Shown: positions 1-12,186, counted from the stretch's first letter. The stretch: DNA of 64,000 bases from Cetorhinus maximus (GCF_964194155.1 NC_135887.1:37138001-37202000), one strand, 5' to 3'. Numbers and translations are program-made. The notes: generated from the sequence alone by a model not told the origin.

Positions 1-250
1 GTGAGTTATCTCAACCATTCCTTGTAGTAGTGAGTTCCATTCTAACTGCTGTATGGGTAAATAGATTTCTCCTGAATTCCCAATTGGTTTATTGTGGCCC
101 TATTTTTGGACCCTAGTTATGGTCTCCCCTGCAAGTAGAAGCATCTTTTCTAAATCTGCCCTATTAAACCCTTTTATATTCTTAATCCTTAATAGGTCAC
201 TTCTCAGTCTTCTCTTTTCCAGAGAAAAGAGACCTCGTCTGTTGTATCTT
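1..250 (-). mobile_element. CR1-type LINE 3' fragment
   Basis: Reverse strand matches the CR1 C-terminal 'LFSLEKRRLR.DL' segment that recurs at 11470-11995, 45480 and 60900. Confidence 0.6.
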
Positions 251-515
251 TTGTTTTTAAGATGGCTCTTGGACAGTCAGCTCCCTATACGGAGATCTTC
301 ACTATGTACATCCATCCTTCGCCATCTATTGCCCTTTCTCCTCGAACCTCCTCATTCCATTGTTTAGGTTACCCTGGCTCTAATAGTAAGTGAATTTTAT
401 CCCTGACTACAAGTTAATTGCTAGTTTAAACTACTACTGCCCATCCTCTGACCATGCCTGCTTTCTGCTTCAATGGAGCTCAGAAATTTTCACAAATTTG
501 CCTTCAAAATTCCTG

Positions 516-644
516 GGCAGAAATTTTCCAGACCTTCATGCTGTCGGAATCTTCCGGTCCTGCCGAAATGAATGGAGATTTCAATGGCTCACCGGTCCCA
601 CCGCAGGGGAACACGCCAAGAGGGCGGACTGGAAAATTCTAGTC
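516..644. mobile_element. Small MITE, Harbinger-like termini
   Basis: Imperfect TIRs ggcagaaattttcca ... tggaaaattctagtc; similar termini at 39115/39809 and 57111. Confidence 0.55.
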
Positions 645-1059
645 TTGATCTTCTCTGGTCATCAAGACTACACTTCTGTACTATCCTACCATAAGACTCA
701 ACTATTATGCCTGTGACTTGCTGCTTTATTACTTATATTTTAAAGTAAATTTAAACAGTTTATAGCCTTTACCCCAACACTGCCATTCCCTGATGAATCT
801 GTGACTGGCCTGTTGGTGCTACTGGCTTCTTAGCTTCAGTTATAGGCTGTTCCTGGCCAGAGAAACACTTTTCTGGCCAAAGTGCATCTCCACCGCTTCT
901 GGTTCTTGTGGTGGCGTCCAACATCGGCATCATCATTCTGCCTCGCAACCAATTTTGCACACCTCCTAAATCTTCATTCCCATGGAAATACCTCCATCAG
1001 TGTGTCCTTCACTCGTCCACCCTTCAAACTTGACTTGTTCCAGGACATTCTTAGCCAGC

Positions 1060-1560
1060 CTCCCATATTCTAGCCTCTGCGATCTTGAGGTCATCCAAAA
1101 CTCTGCTGCCCTAACTCGCACCAAGACCCATCACCCTTGTACTTGCTCACCTATGATGCCTCCTGGTTAAGTGACACCATAATTTTAAATTCCTACCCTT
1201 GTTTTTCAAATCCATCCATGGCCTTGCCCCTCCCTATCTCTGTAATCTGCTGCAGCCCCAGAACCCTCTGAGACAACTGCACTCCCATTCCGCTCTCTTG
1301 AGCATGCCCAATTTTAATCACTCCACCATCGGTGGCCATGCTTTCAGCTGCCAAAGCCCTAAGCTCTGGAATTCTCTCCCGAAACCGCTCCACCTCACTT
1401 TCCTCCTTTAAGATGCTTGTTAAAACCTATTCCTTTGACCAAGCTTTTGACCACCTGCCCTGATATCCATTTATGTGGCCCAGTGTCAAATTTTGTTTCA
1501 TTATGCACATTTAAAGCTGCACAGTACAACTTATGGTTAAAGTTTTCTATAAATACAAGC
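1060..1560 (+). mobile_element. L2 LINE 3' fragment
   Basis: Degenerate 'LEVIQNSAA', 'FKSIHGLAPPYL', 'AFSCQSPKLWNSLP' L2 ORF2 C-terminus, then an ataaatacaag tail. Confidence 0.8.
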
Positions 1561-1609
1561 CATCCTTGTTGATATGGACAATTTCTCAGTTCTGATATGA
1601 TTTTAGTAA

Positions 1610-1855
1610 AGCCTTTTTTGCATTTTCTCCTTATCTTTTTTGTAATATGAAGCCCAGAATTGTTCACAGTACTTACTGCAAGTATGGAACAACCAAGGTT
1701 CTATAAAAGTCGAACGTAATTCACCTGCTTTTTAATTTTCTCCTTCAGAAAGGAACCCCAGTAAGTTCTTGGTTTTCGAGTGGCCTTATTATCCTGTGTC
1801 ACTGCTCAATGATTTGTAGATTTGTAGCCCCTCTGCTCCTTTACCCTGACACTAT
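1610..1855 (-). mobile_element. Old CR1 fragment, homologous to 15040-15200
   Basis: cccagaattgttcacagtact and aaccaaggttctata blocks typical of CR1 ORF2; diverged counterpart next to claudin copy 2. Confidence 0.55.
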
Positions 1856-1921
1856 TTCCTCCTTTTTTTTATTAGCCCACACATAAATAAAATAAACACA
1901 AGTTCTGAAAGAGATTTGGAT

Positions 1922-1927
1922 TTTATT
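1922..1927 (-). terminator. Candidate polyadenylation signal (AATAAA), claudin copy 1
   Basis: tttatt on + strand about 780 nt past the stop codon; conserved at 15293-15298 in copy 2. Confidence 0.55.
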
Positions 1928-2705
1928 TTGGCCCTTGTGATTCACAAATATACTTAGTCCCCAGCTCACTGAACATAAAGTGCCCTAAATACAACCAGGC
2001 TTGGAAAAGAAGGGTTCAGACAATCTAAATGGAAGTAACATTAAGAAAACAATATGAAATGAAAAGGCAAAAAATAACTTCACTCACACAGTTGCCACTG
2101 AAATACAAATATGATTGGTATTAAAATCATGTCGTTTAAAGATCTAAACTATTCAGGTAGGGTAGAGACCATTTCACAGTTACCACTTTCTCACTATATA
2201 CGAAATGGCGGCGGCTGATTCTTTCCAATTGGTCCAGATACTCCTAGTGCCAGGTAGGTATTCTGGTTACTCTACAGCTTTATAAAGCATGCCTTCACAA
2301 AAAAGGATTGCCGACTAACTGGTAAATCAATTTCATTGCTGCACATTATATAAACAGCTGCTCAACATAGGTTATTTTATAAAATTTTATTATCTCCCAG
2401 CAATATCTCCCTTTCACAACCATCTTTACTTTCAAACTCCGGCCAGATTTCCAACCCCTGTACCTGAGCTTGGGCTGGTTGCAAACTCACTGACTTCAAA
2501 TCCTTCCTGATATTGAGAACTTAGATAACAGGCACGTACGGTTAATAGTAGTTACTGAACTTTTAAAGAAAATTATACAGCGAATTACTTATCAAGTGTT
2601 TTACAGTAAATTGCTTTAATTCTTGGATTGGCAAATAATGTAGAAAACGCGTAGTGTTGGTGTGACCTTATCTCTGGAAATTGTTTCGATCTGTTCCTTT
2701 TCAAG

Positions 2706-3338
2706 TTACACATAGTTCTTACTCGGAGCTATAGATCGAGGCGCCGAATACTTTGCAGTGTAGGAATTCTCGTCTTTGGGAGGGCAGGAACAGCAGAGCA
2801 GAGCCCCTCCGAGGATCAGCAGACCCGAGGTTCCCCATCCGATGTACAAGGAAGCTCCAAGTTCTCTCCTCTGGGCGTCCGTCACCAGCGGGTTGTAGAA
2901 ATCCTTGATGATGGTGTTCGCTGACCAGGACACTGGGATCAGGGTCAAGACTCCAGCCAGGATGAAGATAATTCCCGATATAATTGTGACTTTGGCCTTT
3001 GTTGCTTCGTTTTCTATACAGTTGGTGCATTTCCCTCCCACGATGGAGACGAGGATGCCCAGAACTCCCACCACGAGGGAGATAACAGTCAGAGCTCTGG
3101 AAGCCTGAAGGTCTTGGGAGAGGGCTAACAGGGAATCGTACACCTTACATTGCATCTGCCCAGTGCTCTGAACAATGCAGTTCATCCAAAGACCTTCCCA
3201 AATAATCTGCGCCACCACGATGTTGTTCCCAATGAAAGCGGTCACTCTCCACATGGGCAGCACGCAGGTGAGAAGAGCGCCCAGCCACCCGAACACACAC
3301 AGGGCTATGCCCAGAATCTGGAGTCCCATTGATACCAT
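2706..3338 (-). CDS. cldn4: Claudin-4-like tight-junction protein, copy 1 (single exon, 210 aa)
   Basis: [16 protein letters not shown]...C claudin signature, four hydrophobic segments, DFYNPLV in ECL2, C-terminal YV PDZ ligand; intronless like CLDN3/4. Confidence 0.95.
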   Translation of the reverse strand: MVSMGLQILGIALCVFGWLGALLTCVLPMWRVTAFIGNNIVVAQIIWEGLWMNCIVQSTGQMQCKVYDSLLALSQDLQASRALTVISLVVGVLGILVSIVGGKCTNCIENEATKAKVTIISGIIFILAGVLTLIPVSWSANTIIKDFYNPLVTDAQRRELGASLYIGWGTSGLLILGGALLCCSCPPKDENSYTAKYSAPRSIAPSKNYV

Positions 3339-3440
3339 TCTCCTAGTTTTGTGGAAGCAATCCGCGACGTTCCAAGAGTAACAACTTAGTCTGCTTTCAC
3401 GATCCGGAGCAAGCTGAGGACGAGCAGTAAAAGTGATGGC

Positions 3441-3470
3441 AATTATAGCCCCTCAGGAGTGGGCGGGCAT
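3441..3470 (-). promoter_or_regulatory. Core promoter candidate: GC box plus TATA-like element
   Basis: Minus strand gcccgcccactcctgaggggctataatt, about 105-130 nt upstream of the ATG; identical in copy 2. Confidence 0.55.
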
Positions 3471-3864
3471 TCGCTCCTGTTCTCAGTTTACCGAAGCTGA
3501 AATCAGGGAATACCTGTTGAACCAGATTCCAGTCCAGTTTCAGGTGCTTTTGGTAACTAATAAGGCACATGAATGGGGATGGTCAACAAGTATTTGTGTG
3601 CTCCTTGACAGCTGTGTTTGCAGTTAAATAGATTTTCTTCATGTAAAGAAAGCAATTGTTTATTAGAAAATTATATTGTCCATGTAGCTTTAAACAATAT
3701 GCTATTTCAAGAACAAAGGAACTTTCCCTCCTCCTGATAACTCTTTCACTTTGGAAATGTTCAAAGTTTATGTAAAACAAATCTTCAGAGGCCTTTTCTG
3801 CTCTCTATTTCCTTCTCTGATTCTAATGATGGGTGGAGCTGACTAAAAGGTAAACTTTGATACT

Positions 3865-6800
3865 TAGATAAAAGCAAAATACTGCAGATGCTGGAAATCT
3901 AGAACAAAAACAAAAATACCTGGAAAAACTCGGCAGGTCTGACAGCATCTGCGGAGAGGGATACAGTTGACGTTTCGAGTCCGTATGACCCTTCATCAGA
4001 ACTAAGACATATAGAAATGAGATGAAATATAAGCGGGTAGAGGGGGGTGGGATAGGTAGAGCTCGACAGAGGGCCAGTGATAGGTGGAGGCCAAGAAGAG
4101 ACTGCCAAAGATGTCATAGACAAAAGGACAAAGGAGTGTTGATGGTGGTGATATTATCTAAAGGATGTGCTAATGGGGACATTAAGGGCAGCAAGCAGGA
4201 TAAGCTAGTGGCAGATTGTCCTAGTGGGGGTGGGGTGGGGGGAAGGGATTGAAATGGGCTAAAAGGTGGAGATGAAACAATAGATTGAAATAAATTTAAA
4301 AATAGGAGGGAAAATAAAAATATGTTTGTTTAAAAATTATAAATTGTTGGGAAAAGGGGGATCGGAAAGGGGGTGGGGATGGAGGAGAGAGTTCATGATT
4401 TGAAATTGTTGAACTCAGTATTAAGTCCAGAAGACTGTAAAGTGCCTAGTCGGAAGATGAGATGCTGTTCCTCCAGTTTGCGTTGAGCTTCACTGGAACA
4501 TTGCAGCAGGCCAAGGACGGACATGTGGGCATGAGAGCAGGATGGTGTCTTGAAATGGCAAGCGACATGGAGGTCTGGGTCATGCTTGCGGACAGACCAA
4601 AGGTGTTCTGCAAAGCGGTCACCCAGTCTGCGTTTGGTCTCTCCAATGTAAAGGCGACTGCATCACTTGAAAGGAGTGTTTGGGCCCTTGGACAGTGAGA
4701 AGGGGGGAAGTAAAGGGGCAGGTGTTGCACCTTCTGCTTTTGCATGGGAAAGTGCTGTGGGAGGAGGTTGAGGTGTAGGGGGTGATGGAGGAGTGGACCA
4801 GGGTGTCCCGGAGGGAACGATCCCTGCGGAAAGCTGCCGGGGGGCGGGGGTGCTGAAGGGAAGATGTGTTTGGTGGTGGTATCATGCTGGAGTTGGTGGA
4901 AATGGCAGAGGTTAATCCTTTCAACTCGAAGGCTGGTGGGGTGATAAGTGAGGACAAGGGGTCCCTATGCTATTTGCATGCAGAACTATGATAGGGTCCC
5001 CCTTGTTCTCACTTTTCACCCCACCAGCCTCCGCATTCAAAGGATCATCCTCCGCCATTTCCGCCAACTCCAGCACGATGTCACCACCAAACACATCTTC
5101 CCTTCACCTCCTCCCCTGTCGGCATTCCGTAGGGTCCCTATCTTGGTTCTGGGAGGGACAGGAAGGTGTGAGGGCAGAGGCACGGGAGATGGGCCGGACA
5201 CAGTTGAGGGCCCTGTCAACCACAGTGGGTGAGAAACCTCGGTTAAGGAAGAAGAAAGACACGTTAGAAGTGCTATTTTGGAAAGTGGCATCATCGGAAC
5301 AGATGCGATGGAGGTAAAGGAACTGAGAGAATGGGATGGAGTCCTTGCAGGAAGTGGGGTGTGAGGATCTGTAGTCGAGGTAGCTGTGGGAGTCGGTGGG
5401 CTTGTAATGAATACTGGTGGACAGTCTATCACCAGAAATTGAGACAGAGAGGTCAAGGAAGGGAAAGGAAGTGTCAGGGGTGGACCATGTGAAGGTGATG
5501 AAGCGGTGGAAATTGGAAGCAAAATTGATAAATTTTTCCAAGTGCAGACGAGAACATGAAGCAGCACCAATACAGTCATTGATGTACCGAAAAAAGAGTT
5601 CTGGGAGGGGGCCTGAGTAGGACTGAAATTAGGAATGTTCCACATACCCCATAAAGAGACAGGCATAACTGGGGCCCATTCAGGTCAGTGAGAGAACAAG
5701 TTCAGCCAGACAGAGGAGAGTGGTGTTGGACGGGGATTGTTCGGGGCTCTGTTCAAGGAAGAAGCAGAGAGCCCTCAGACCATCCTGGTGGGGGATGGAG
5801 GTGTAGAGGGATTGAACGTCCATGGTGAAGAGGAGGCGGTTAGGGCCAGGGAACTGGAAATTGTTGATATGATGTAGGGCATCACAGGAATCATGGATTT
5901 AGGTGGAAAGAAACTGGACAAAGGGAGAGAGAAAGGAGTTAAGATAGCAAGAAATGAGTTCCGTGGGGCAGGAACAGGCTGACACGATCAGTCTACCAGG
6001 AAGTCCTATTTGTGCATTTTGGGGAGGAGGTAGTAGCGGGCTGTTCGGGCAAACTCTTGGAAGCTGTGGAGGGAAGATCTCCAGAGTAGTTGAGGTCAGT
6101 GACAGTCCTCAAAACAATGACTTGATGTTCAGTGGTGGGATCATGGTCCAGGAAGAGGTAGGAGGAAGTGTCTGAGAGTTGGCGCTCAGCCTCTGCGAGG
6201 TAGAGGTCAGTATGACAGACAACAACAGCACCAACCTTATCGGCAGGTTTGATAACAAAGTCAGGTTTGGACCTGAGAAAACGGAGTGCGGCAAGTTCAG
6301 AAGGAGGTTAGAATGGGCGAGAGGAGCAGAGAAATTGAGACGGCTGATGTCATGCCAACAGTTCTCAACGATAAGATCAAGAGCAGGTAAGAGGCCAGAG
6401 GGAGGGTTCCAGGTGGAGGGAGAATACTGAAGGCAGATGAAAGGATCCGTTGAACGGGGGGGAGGACTCCTGCCCAAAGAAGTGAGCACGGAGACGAAGG
6501 TGGCGGAAGAAGGGTTCAGCATCGTGCCAAGCCTGGTGAGAGGCGTAAGGGTATGAAACTGAGTCCTTTGCTGAGTACTGAACGTTCAGCATCAGAGAGG
6601 GGAAGGTCAGAGGGTATGGTGAATTCATGGCAAGGGCTGGAATTAGAAGACGGGATGGGGTCAGAGGGATGGAAAGGGGTGGAGGTCCTGGATGGATGTT
6701 GGTATTAATGAGTTGGTGGAGCTTGCGCCTGAAAGGAAGAGACAAAGTTTCTTGTTAAGGCGTCGGATGAGACGAAAAATAAAATGAAATTGGGGACAAG

Positions 6801-7379
6801 GACAGCTTTGAGATATGATGAGTCAGTGCTGTTGGAGGGAGAGGTCGAGCATGTTCATATGGCAGTGGATGGCACTGAGTTTGGATCTCAGGATGCGGCA
6901 AGAACAGCAGCCCGAGGAACGTTGTATGTCCCAGAGATACCGGTAATCCTGGGTGGATTTGAAACATGAGGGATAGAACTTCAGTTGGAATCCACGTGGA
7001 GTAAGTCAGAGATGGAAACAGTCACTGAGGAAGGAAATATGGCTTTCAAAGCGAGTTTTGGTAAACACCTTGTCAAACACTAGGAGGGAAATGGAAAGCA
7101 ATGAAGGTGAACAAGAAAAAAGAGACAAACGGAAATCCTGTCAGAGAGAAGAGCAGTACCTCTTCAAGGTAGGCATTCCCGAAGGAGAGGTGGCAGTGAA
7201 TTAAACATTAAGATAAAAGAAAAATACTGCAGATGCTGGAAATCTGAAACAAAAACAGAAAATGCTGGAAAAACTCAGCAGGTGGAATCTCCACAGATGC
7301 TGTTAGACCTGCTGAGTTTTTCCAACATTTTCTGTTTTTGTTTCAGATTTCCAGCATCAGCAGTATTTTGCTTTTAGCT
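3865..7379 (-). mobile_element. Penelope-like retroelement (degenerate RT and GIY-YIG region) with terminal repeats and an inverted terminal segment
   Basis: Fragments PFLDLSVSISGDRLSTSIHYKPTDSHSYLDY and CKSRRCNTCP; colinear with 41605-44708; terminal repeat at 3865 and 7211. Confidence 0.9.
3964..4004 (-). ncRNA. Minimal type I hammerhead ribozyme motif
   Basis: Minus strand UAGUU-CUGAUGA-A-GGGUC(AUACG)GACUC-GAAAC-GUC-AACUG: both core boxes, stem II, stem I, palindromic ACGU stem III, GUC cleavage triplet. Confidence 0.8.
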
Positions 7380-7920
7380 GTGAGATTTAGCTGAGGATAG
7401 GTGTTGAGCTGGAGCTGTTTGAGCTGTTGTGTTGGGAACTGCTGCCTCTGGGCTGGGAGGAGATGCCATTTGAGCCAGCCCTCCATTCAAGCCAAAAAAG
7501 TCTTGGACTTTAACAAGCAGTTTTGCTCTGAGGTTTGGTTTCCACAGCTGAGTGGAAGTGAGTTACAGATCGTGTGGTATGCCTTTATTGAAGCTACAAC
7601 AGTTTGCCTTGGGTAATATTACTGGATTTCTTATAGTTAAAAATCTATAAGGGAGTGCTGCCTGGAAGGTATACTTGTGCATTTGACCAAGTGGAGAGTC
7701 TTTTTTGGGGGAGTATTTGTAAGACTAGCCTTAATTGTTAATAAAACTTTTACTTTTAATTTTTAAAATCCCAAAAGTCTGGACTTCTTACTGCTGAAAT
7801 CAGTATGTCTTCTTCTCATTTTCTCATTTTCAGAATACAAATAAAGGGTACGACTCATAAGCAAAGATTCCCCCTGGGATTTGGTTTGCACAGCAATTAA
7901 CACTGGCTGTGATCATAACA
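7380..7920 (+). mobile_element. Probable truncated LTR
   Basis: Ends in gatcataaca like the solo LTR ending at 18900; aataaa near 7740; no TSD found. Confidence 0.4.
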
Positions 7921-7924
7921 TTGA

Positions 7925-9225
7925 TGCTTGCCTTCATTTTGCCTGCTTTCTAATTTCACTTACTACTTTTCTACTTCCTGTTACCAGTTTTGGTTCCCTC
8001 CAATCTGAGCTCCCTTTCAGGTTCCCATTCCCCTGTCAATCTAGTTTAACCATCCTCAACAGCATTAGCAAATCTCCCTGCGAGGATGTTAGCCCCAGTC
8101 CTGCTAAGGTGGAACCCGTCCATCTTGTACAGGTCCCACCTACCCCAGAACCAGTCCCAATTGCCTCAGAAATCTGATGTGCTCCCTCCTACACAAATTC
8201 TCCAGCCACATGTTCAACTGCTCAGTCCTTCTATTCCTGTGCTCACTAGCACGTGGCACTGGGAGTAATCCTGCGATTACTGCTTTTGAGGTTCTGCTTT
8301 TTAATTTCTTTCTTAATTTCCTAAAGTCTGCTTTCAGGATCTCATCCCTCTTTCTATCTATGTCATTGGTACCGGTGTGGACCACGACCTCTGGCTTTGG
8401 ACTCTTCTGAAGAATGTCCTGCAGCTGCTCTCTGACCTCCTTGACCCTGGCACCAGGAGCCAACATACCATCCTGGAGTCACGTCTACAGCTGCAGAAAC
8501 GCCTGTATGTTCCCCTAACTAACAAATCCCCTATCACTATTGTCCTTCCACTCTTCTTTCTCCCCTCCTGTGCAGCTGAGTCAGCTGGTGCCATGGACTT
8601 GGCTGTTGCTGTGCTTCTGTGAGGAACCATCACCCTCACTAGTATCCAAAATGGAAAACCAGTTAGCAAGCAAGATTGACTCAGGAGTCTCCTGCCCTAC
8701 CTGCCTATTTCTCTTAGACTGCCTGCCGGTCACCCATTCCCTCTCTGCCTGTTTGCTCCTAACCTGCGATGTGACCACCTTCCTAAATGTGCTATCCATG
8801 TAGTTCTCTGCCTTGTGGATGCATCAGTGACTCACGCCAGTGCTCGAGTTCCAAAACCTGGAGCTGAAGCTTTTGCAGCCGATGACACTTCCTGCAGATA
8901 TGTTTGTCTGAGACACTTGGTTTGTCCACAGCTTCCCGCATGCCACAGGAGTCATATTCCACTCAGCCAAACTGCCCCGCCATACCTTTACTTTACAAGC
9001 GATTTATTATATGTAGAAAAACTTACCAGTTATTCACCAATCGGCTTCTTCTGCTGCACTGATGTAAGAAGCAAATACTGATGGGTGAAAAAGGTAGAAA
9101 AAAAAGGAACACCTCCTTCCCCCTTTACTGAACTCCCTCACTCACCAAACTCTAAGCTTCTCACTCAGTCCAAGCCACACTCTGTTTGCAAGCTGCACTC
9201 AGACCCCTGTATTTATACTATCTGA
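7925..9225 (-). mobile_element. CR1 LINE 5'UTR and ORF1 (SGNH esterase) remnant
   Basis: IVIGDLLVRG, VVVHTGTNDIDRKRDEIL and WLENLCRRE motifs; 5'UTR homologous to 34250-34365. Confidence 0.85.
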
Positions 9226-9229
9226 AACT

Positions 9230-9885
9230 CAGAAGAGAAGGTACAGGAGGCAATTAGGAAATAAAATGGTATGTCAGCCTTTATTACAAAGGGATTAGAT
9301 TATAAGAGTAAAAATGTTATACTACAATTATATAGAGCCTTGGTGAGACCACACCTGGAGTACTTCTACAGATTTGTTCCCTTTAACTAAGGAAGGATTT
9401 GCTCACCTTAGAGTCAGTGCAACAAAGGTACATCACACCAATTTCTGGGGAGAGATTGACTAGACTAAGCCTGTGTTTCCTAGAATTTGAAGAATGAAAG
9501 GTGATCTGATTGAAACATATAAAATTCTTAAGGGGCTTGACAGGGCAGATGCTGGGAGGATGTTTCCCTTATCTTGGTAGTGTAGAACCTAAGGGTCACA
9601 GTCTAAGAGTTGGCTATTTAGGATTGAGATGAAGGGAAAGTTCTTCACTCAAATGTTTGTGAACCTTTGGAATTCTCTACAACAGAGAGCTGTGAATGTG
9701 CAGTCCTTGAGTACATTCAAGACAAGATAAATGGATTTTTGGGTTCGAAAGGAAATAAGGGATATGGGGATAGCATGAATAGGTGGAGTCTAGATAGAAG
9801 ATCAGTTATGCTCTTATTGAATGGGAGAGTGGGCCCAAAGGGCCAAATGGCTTACTGCTGCCCCTCTTTTGTAGATTCTTGTGTT
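9230..9885 (+). mobile_element. CR1 LINE 3' fragment
   Basis: LYRALVRPHLEY and GDLIETYKIL encoded, then a CR1-type 3'UTR. Confidence 0.85.
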
Positions 9886-9889
9886 CATA

Positions 9890-10480
9890 ATATCACCCAC
9901 TTCCACGTCTATAACATTGCCCTACTCTGACGCTGCCTCAGCTCATCTGCTACTGAAACCCTCATCTATGCCATTGTTACTTCTGGACTTGACTATTGCA
10001 ATACACTCCTAGTCAGCCTCCCATCTTCCACTCTGCATAGACTTGAACGTGTCAAAAACTCTGCTGCCCATATCCTAAAGAGCCCCAAGTATCAGTCTGA
10101 TAAATGCTCAATTTTAAAATTCTCATCCCTGTTTTCAAATTCCTCCATAGTCTTGCTACTTCCTATCTCTGTTACTCTGCCAGCCCTCCGGGATCAATTC
10201 TCCAATTCTGGCCTCATGCTATTCCGTTTTTAATTGCTCCATGATTGGCAGCCTTGTCTTCAACTAACTAGGCTCTAAACTCTGGAACTCACTCCCAAAG
10301 CCTGTCTACCTCTCTCTGTCCTCCTTAAAGACTTTCAAAACATATCTCTTTCATCAAGCTTTTGGTCACCTGTCTTAATAGCCCTCACATGGCTCGATGT
10401 CGACTTTTGTTTGGTAACGGTTCTGGGAAACACCTTGTAAAATTTTGCTACATGAACAGCACTACATGAATGCAAGTTGT
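9890..10480 (+). mobile_element. L2 LINE 3' fragment
   Basis: tgcctcagctcatctgctactgaaaccctcatc and gactattgcaat; same family as 1060, 21480, 38075. Confidence 0.8.
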
Positions 10481-10524
10481 TTTAGCAGCTGTTCAGCCTC
10501 AATTGTGATTAGTCATAATTTCAG

Positions 10525-10795
10525 AATAACAACTTGCATTTATATAGCACCTTTAACTTAAAATGTCCCCAAGGTGCTTTACAAGTGTTATGAAACAGAA
10601 TTTGACATCAAGCACATAGGAAAGTATTGGACTAGATGACCAAAAGCTTGGTCAAAGAATTATGTTTTAAGGAACATCGTAAAGGAGAAAAGAGAATTAG
10701 GAGGTGGAGAGATTTAGGGAGGGAATTTCAGAGCTTAGGGACTTGGCAGCTGGAGGCATGGCTGTTAAAGCTGGAGCGGTTAAAATTGGCATCAA
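10525..10795 (-). mobile_element. L2 3' end
   Basis: acttgcatttatatagcacc tail in reverse, plus agagcttaggg. Confidence 0.7.
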
Positions 10796-11119
10796 AATTG
10801 GCTGCATCCATTCCACAGTGTACTCACCAGAAAAATACAGGTTGGTAACTGATAGACCACTCTACAGAAGTTGGCCACAATTGGATGCAAGTTAGTTTTC
10901 ACCTAAAGTCTCTGGTTCAAGCTGTTAGGATAAACCAAACAGTAGATAAGAGTTTCCCACAGGGAGGAAGATAAAAACTCAAATGTCATCCTCAGCCTGC
11001 TCTCATGCACCTCCGAGCAGATGGTTGAACTGGTACAGACTGGATGCAAGTCCTCACAGAAAGAGAAATTCTCAATATGCAACCTTTAACAACTGAGGGA
11101 AAACTGAGCTAAAATCAGT

Positions 11120-11250
11120 TAATCTACCACAGGGACTGCAGTGGTTCAAGAAGGCAGCTCACCACCACTTTCTTAAGGGCAACTAGGGATGGGCAATAAA
11201 TGCTGGCCCAGCCAGCGAAGCCCACACCCCATGAATAAATAAATAAAAAA
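11120..11250 (+). mobile_element. 3' tail of the LINE family seen at 25870-28617
   Basis: ttcaagaaggcagctcaccaccac...aataaatgctgg matches 28517-28615 and 55600-55685. Confidence 0.7.
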
Positions 11251-11469
11251 CCAACCCCTTTCTCCAGTTCTGTGTTAAACTGTGAACAAAGATTACTTTC
11301 AAGGCCTTAAAGAAATGGAAACCTAGATTGTGCACCTTGTTGATTTCCTTCGGCTTGCATCCATGAATATTTCTGTTGGCAAAGGTCTGATCTATCTGCA
11401 ATCATCTCTGTTATGTAAGCCTCGAAGCCTTTCTGCTAATTCAGAAGGAGATATACCTGAATTTTATGT

Positions 11470-11995
11470 AGCCTTGCATTGAATTTACAGCATAGAAACA
11501 GACCATTCAGTCCATCAGCTCCATGTAGATATTTATACGCCACATGAGCTTCCTCCCATCCTTCTTCACCATTGGCATATTCTTCTATCCATTCCTCCTT
11601 CATGTACTTATCATGCTCCACTTTAAATGCGTCTATGCTATTTGCCTCAACTATTGAGATACCTAGTTCCACATTCTAACTGTTCTTTGCGTAAAAGAAG
11701 TTCCTCCTGAATTACACATTGGATTTATAAATGACTATCTTATATATATGGCCTTTAATTCTGGTCTCCCTGGAAGTGGAAGAATTTCTTCTACATCTAT
11801 CCTTTCAAACCCTTTCATAATCTTAAAGACTTCTAATAAGATGCCCCTCAGTCTTAATTTTTCTAGAGAAAAGAGACCAGCCTTTTTAATTTTTCCTGAT
11901 AGGTTTAAACACTCCATTTTGGTATCATTTTGGTGAATCTTTCATTTTCATTTTCTCCAGTGTGTGTGCATCTTTTTTATAATGGAGACCAGACT
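11470..11995 (-). mobile_element. CR1 LINE 3' fragment
   Basis: GLFSLEKLRLRGILLEVFKIMKG; VEANSIDAFK. Confidence 0.8.
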
Positions 11996-12186
11996 GGGTA
12001 AAGGAGGCAAATTTCCTTCCCTATAAGAACATTATTAGTAATTGCTTTTTATGATAAGCTGCTAGTTTCATTGTCACCATTACTGATACTAGCTTTTTGT
12101 CATTCAACATTTATCTAATTAACTTAATTTAAATTCCTCCCCTTTAAACTCAAGGCTGTGGATTAATAGGACCAGGCCTCTGGATT

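Noticed and set aside
2719-3381. Alternative-frame and antisense ORFs overlapping the claudins (also 16073-16753, 47378-48115)
   Set aside because: They recur only because the claudin DNA is duplicated; no domain features.
8140-8669. Possible host esterase gene (also 33335-33529)
   Set aside because: It is the SGNH domain of CR1 ORF1, frameshifted and in LINE context.
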